From Entomortierella parvispora E1425 (taxonomy: Eukaryota; Fungi; Mortierellomycota), in NCBI GenBank assembly GCA_020891255.1, contig BQFW01000010.1:1750997-1814996 (forward strand): a stretch of DNA of 64,000 nucleotides, read 5' to 3'. The notes under the pieces were generated by a model that saw nothing but the letters and a program-made list of their open reading frames with translations, did no database searches and was not told the DNA's origin. The stretch's first letter is position 1. Every line of letters starts with the position of its first letter. This document shows positions 61,270 through 64,000 of the stretch, in pieces. Position numbers and translations under genes: made by a program.

Positions 61270-64000
61270 ATTTTTTATTTTATTTTTTTCTGGCGCGAGG
61301 GAGCACGAACAAAAAAAAAAAAAAAAAAAAAAAGACTGACTGACTGACAGACAACATCCAAGACTATACATCGTAGTTTTCCCGAGGACGCATCCAGAAT
61401 TCCAACCAGCCAAATGCCTCGGCCAAGGAGGCAAGGTGCCTCTCCTTGAGGAGGAAGTCGACGAAGTTGGGACGACACTTGTTTGGTGCAAGCGGGGGCA
61501 GAGCCAAGAAGGTGGCAACAACTTTCGGAGGGGCACGATCAAGGAGCTTTTCTTGCCAGCCGCAATCGACAACATGGGTTTGATGAAAAATGTTGTTGCA
61601 TTCCGAACAGCGCGCTCCACAAGCGAATTTGTTCAGGTGCCAAGCAATTGCGTTCTTGCGTAGGCGGAGTGACTTGAAGTAGATGGCGGTAACAGGCCCT
61701 ATACCTCTCGTGCGCATCTGAGGCTCGAAATACTTGCAAAGCCGCAGCGTCCGGAAGCACTCGTCAAGGAACCTCTTCCGCAGCCAGACCTTCAATGAAT
61801 CGACTTTTTCTTCTCTTCTAAGTCTTGCCAGATAATTTTGATACAACAGGCGGTCCGGGTGCTTGTGGCACTTTGGAAGAATCCGGTCCTTATTTCGGCC
61901 AACATTGCCGAAGAGGACATCACGGAGGGTTCTTGCTGGGTTGTTCCCATCCATTCCAATAAAGTGGTCCGTAAGGAGGCAGGCCAAGTCGGAGAATCGC
62001 ACGTAGATAGTTGGCAAGGCAAGAAATGAGTGAGTAACCTTTGTAGGGTCCTTGAACTCCAAAATCCATTTCAGGGCCGCGTCTTGGACTGTCGCTATAG
62101 CCTTCAAGTGCTCTGTCCTAGACTTGCTGTCATTCTGGATCCAGTGGTACATGATGCCTGCACCATATTCCATTCTAGAGCGGACAAACGCGCGATACAA
62201 AGCTAAGCCGTAGACCTGCAGACCACTTGAATTACCCCTGGCTTCGCAGAACTTCAGAGTCTTTGATGCTTTTAAAGCCATGGATTTCAAGTGTTCAGCC
62301 CAGTCGATCCCTCTGGATTTGTATGGGAATCCAAGGTAGTTGTAGCATTCAACCCGAGGGATTGGGCCAATACCGCGAAGGACCAAGTCACGATCACCAT
62401 GGGTCAGACCAACCACCCCGCATTTAGCGAGATTGATCGTCATACCGTTCTCGTGGCACCAGTCGACCAAGTCATTGGAAGTAACTTGCAAGTGGTGCAG
62501 TGCATGGGATCCAGCTGTTATATCGTCGGCGTACAACAGCGCTCGCGGTATTTTCTTCGGGTCCGGAGTATCCTTGTTAAGCTTGTGAGCCAGGTCGTCG
62601 ATAAAGATGTCAAACAATAGAGGAGACAAGATGGAGCCTTGGAGCAGGCCTCGGCTCAGGGAATAGACTCTGTCTGCCTCCCATTGACGATAACCTTAGT
62701 AGATGTGCCGACAAAGAGGGCGTCTACGAGCGACAAAATCTGAGCGGATGCTCCTCGGGTTTTCATCTTTGAAAGTAGCAGAGGCACTGGGACTGTATCA
62801 TATGCTTGGGCAAAATCGTAAAAGACACGATACTTTTGTCCGCGGATAGCACAGTCGTCAGCAACCAATGCATGAGTCAAAGTTGAAAATCCGTTACGGA
62901 AGCCAGCTTGAGTGTGATGAAGCTTGGAGGCATCAGACTCCAAAAGATGTCCCAAAAGAACTTTTCGAAGGTCCGCCGAATCATCAATGTAAGGGAAATT
63001 GGCCGGAATTTGTCAATGGTCGTAGCACCCTCTGTCTTCGGAATAGGATTGATTACGGAGACATTCCATGATGATGGCGTGACACCGAGCAAACAGCAAA
63101 TCCTGAAAAGGCCAGCAATGTGTTCTGGAAGCTCGGTGCCTTGAAGTGCTCGTAGGAGTTGGACATGGATCCCATCCTCTCCACCAGAGGCGTTGGTCGG
63201 GTATTTCTTCCAGATTGCTTGCATGTTATCCTTCGTAAACATATCGTCCAAGCCAGGATCAGGCTCAAAGGAGATGCCACGGTAAGGGATCGAGCCGCAG
63301 GTAGGAATCGTGGATCGGGCTGAGTGAAAACAGACCTGTAGTGCGAGACAACATCTGCCACTGGAGAGATGGTAGGGTCCCGAGATTTCAGAGCCACCAC
63401 CTGGCTGCGACACGCTCGTTTGAAGATACGGATGGCGTCATTCATCTTCGGGACCGAAGACAAAGAATCAGAGAGCTTGTCTGGAGTAGTACGAATGACG
63501 CTGGGGACATAAGAGCCGCATGCTTCTTCAGCCGCTGTCAAGATAGCTGAAGAAAGACAATCGTCAAGATGATCCACCACTGCTTGTCTGTCTTGGAGGG
63601 AAACTCCATCCAAAGAACGCGCGTCAGAGAGTCGCCGTACGCGCGATACAGTGTCCATGATAAACTTGTCGAATTGGTTGGCCAGTTCCATGTAGTAACC
63701 ACAGCAGAGAGAACGAACTGCTTTTAGTTCCAAGTACTTCAGACTGATACGGTAACACTCGTCGGTAGTGCCAGTATCATGTATATCACGAGGCGTGAAC
63801 TTGCAAGACATGAGACTGTGGTCCGTATCTGTCCATACTGAGGGGTCAACCCGTTCATACCTCCAAGAGAAGTCTGGGTGAAAGCGAGCCAATACATGAT
63901 GGTTCTTGGCGTAGACAGAAGAGGGGAAAACTCGGTTGTAATGGTAATGATGGACCAGCTCCTGAACTATGGTGACACGTTCACCGATAGGGGGGGAAGG
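61270..64000 (-). mobile_element. Non-LTR retrotransposon (LINE) with APE endonuclease and RT, 5' end beyond window
   Basis: APE end motif WTDTDHSLM; RT motifs SGGEDGI, SVINPIPK..KFRPISL, QAGFRNG, YDFAQAYDTV, GLLQGSILSPLLF, LLYADDI, YNYLG; C-terminal CSECNNIFHQTHVVDC; stop at 61364. ORF is split by at least three frameshifts. The left boundary is either 61334 or about 61270. Confidence 0.92.

Noticed and set aside
43400-61300. Hammerhead ribozymes (expected for Penelope-like elements)
   Set aside because: CTGANGA cores at about 44185, 44681 and 53720 lack the required stem II and GAAA; this was a by-eye check only.

Overview
Eukaryotic fungal DNA with spliceosomal introns; gene style suggests Mortierellaceae or a related early-diverging fungus (inference). 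About 1-42.3 kb is gene-dense single-copy sequence: a 2OG-Fe(II) dioxygenase (runs off the left edge), a small orphan membrane protein, PRP43, CLPX, RSA4/NLE1, a Met8-Met1 fused siroheme synthase, MAM3/CNNM, a KIN1-like kinase, HEL2, an intronless orphan ORF, an APSES transcription factor with a 6.8-kb gene-free upstream region, and a PQ-loop transporter. From about 42.3 kb to the end no recognisable host gene was found and the sequence is repeat-rich. It holds nested minisatellites, a telomere-like (T5-7AG2-4)7 array and a complete 5,067-bp Ty3/Gypsy chromovirus with identical 111-bp LTRs, a GCCAC target duplication, PBS, PPT and a -1 frameshift signal. It also holds degenerate higher-order repeats and the 3' part of an APE-type LINE. 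The most intriguing structure appears when the chromovirus is removed in silico: a 278-aa orphan ORF is restored in frame, preceded by an array of quasi-palindromic ACCC-N7-GGGG/TAGGG motifs and ending about 55 bp from the telomere-like array. This may be an undescribed telomere-associated element (hypothesis). Exon boundaries were read by eye and no searches were run.
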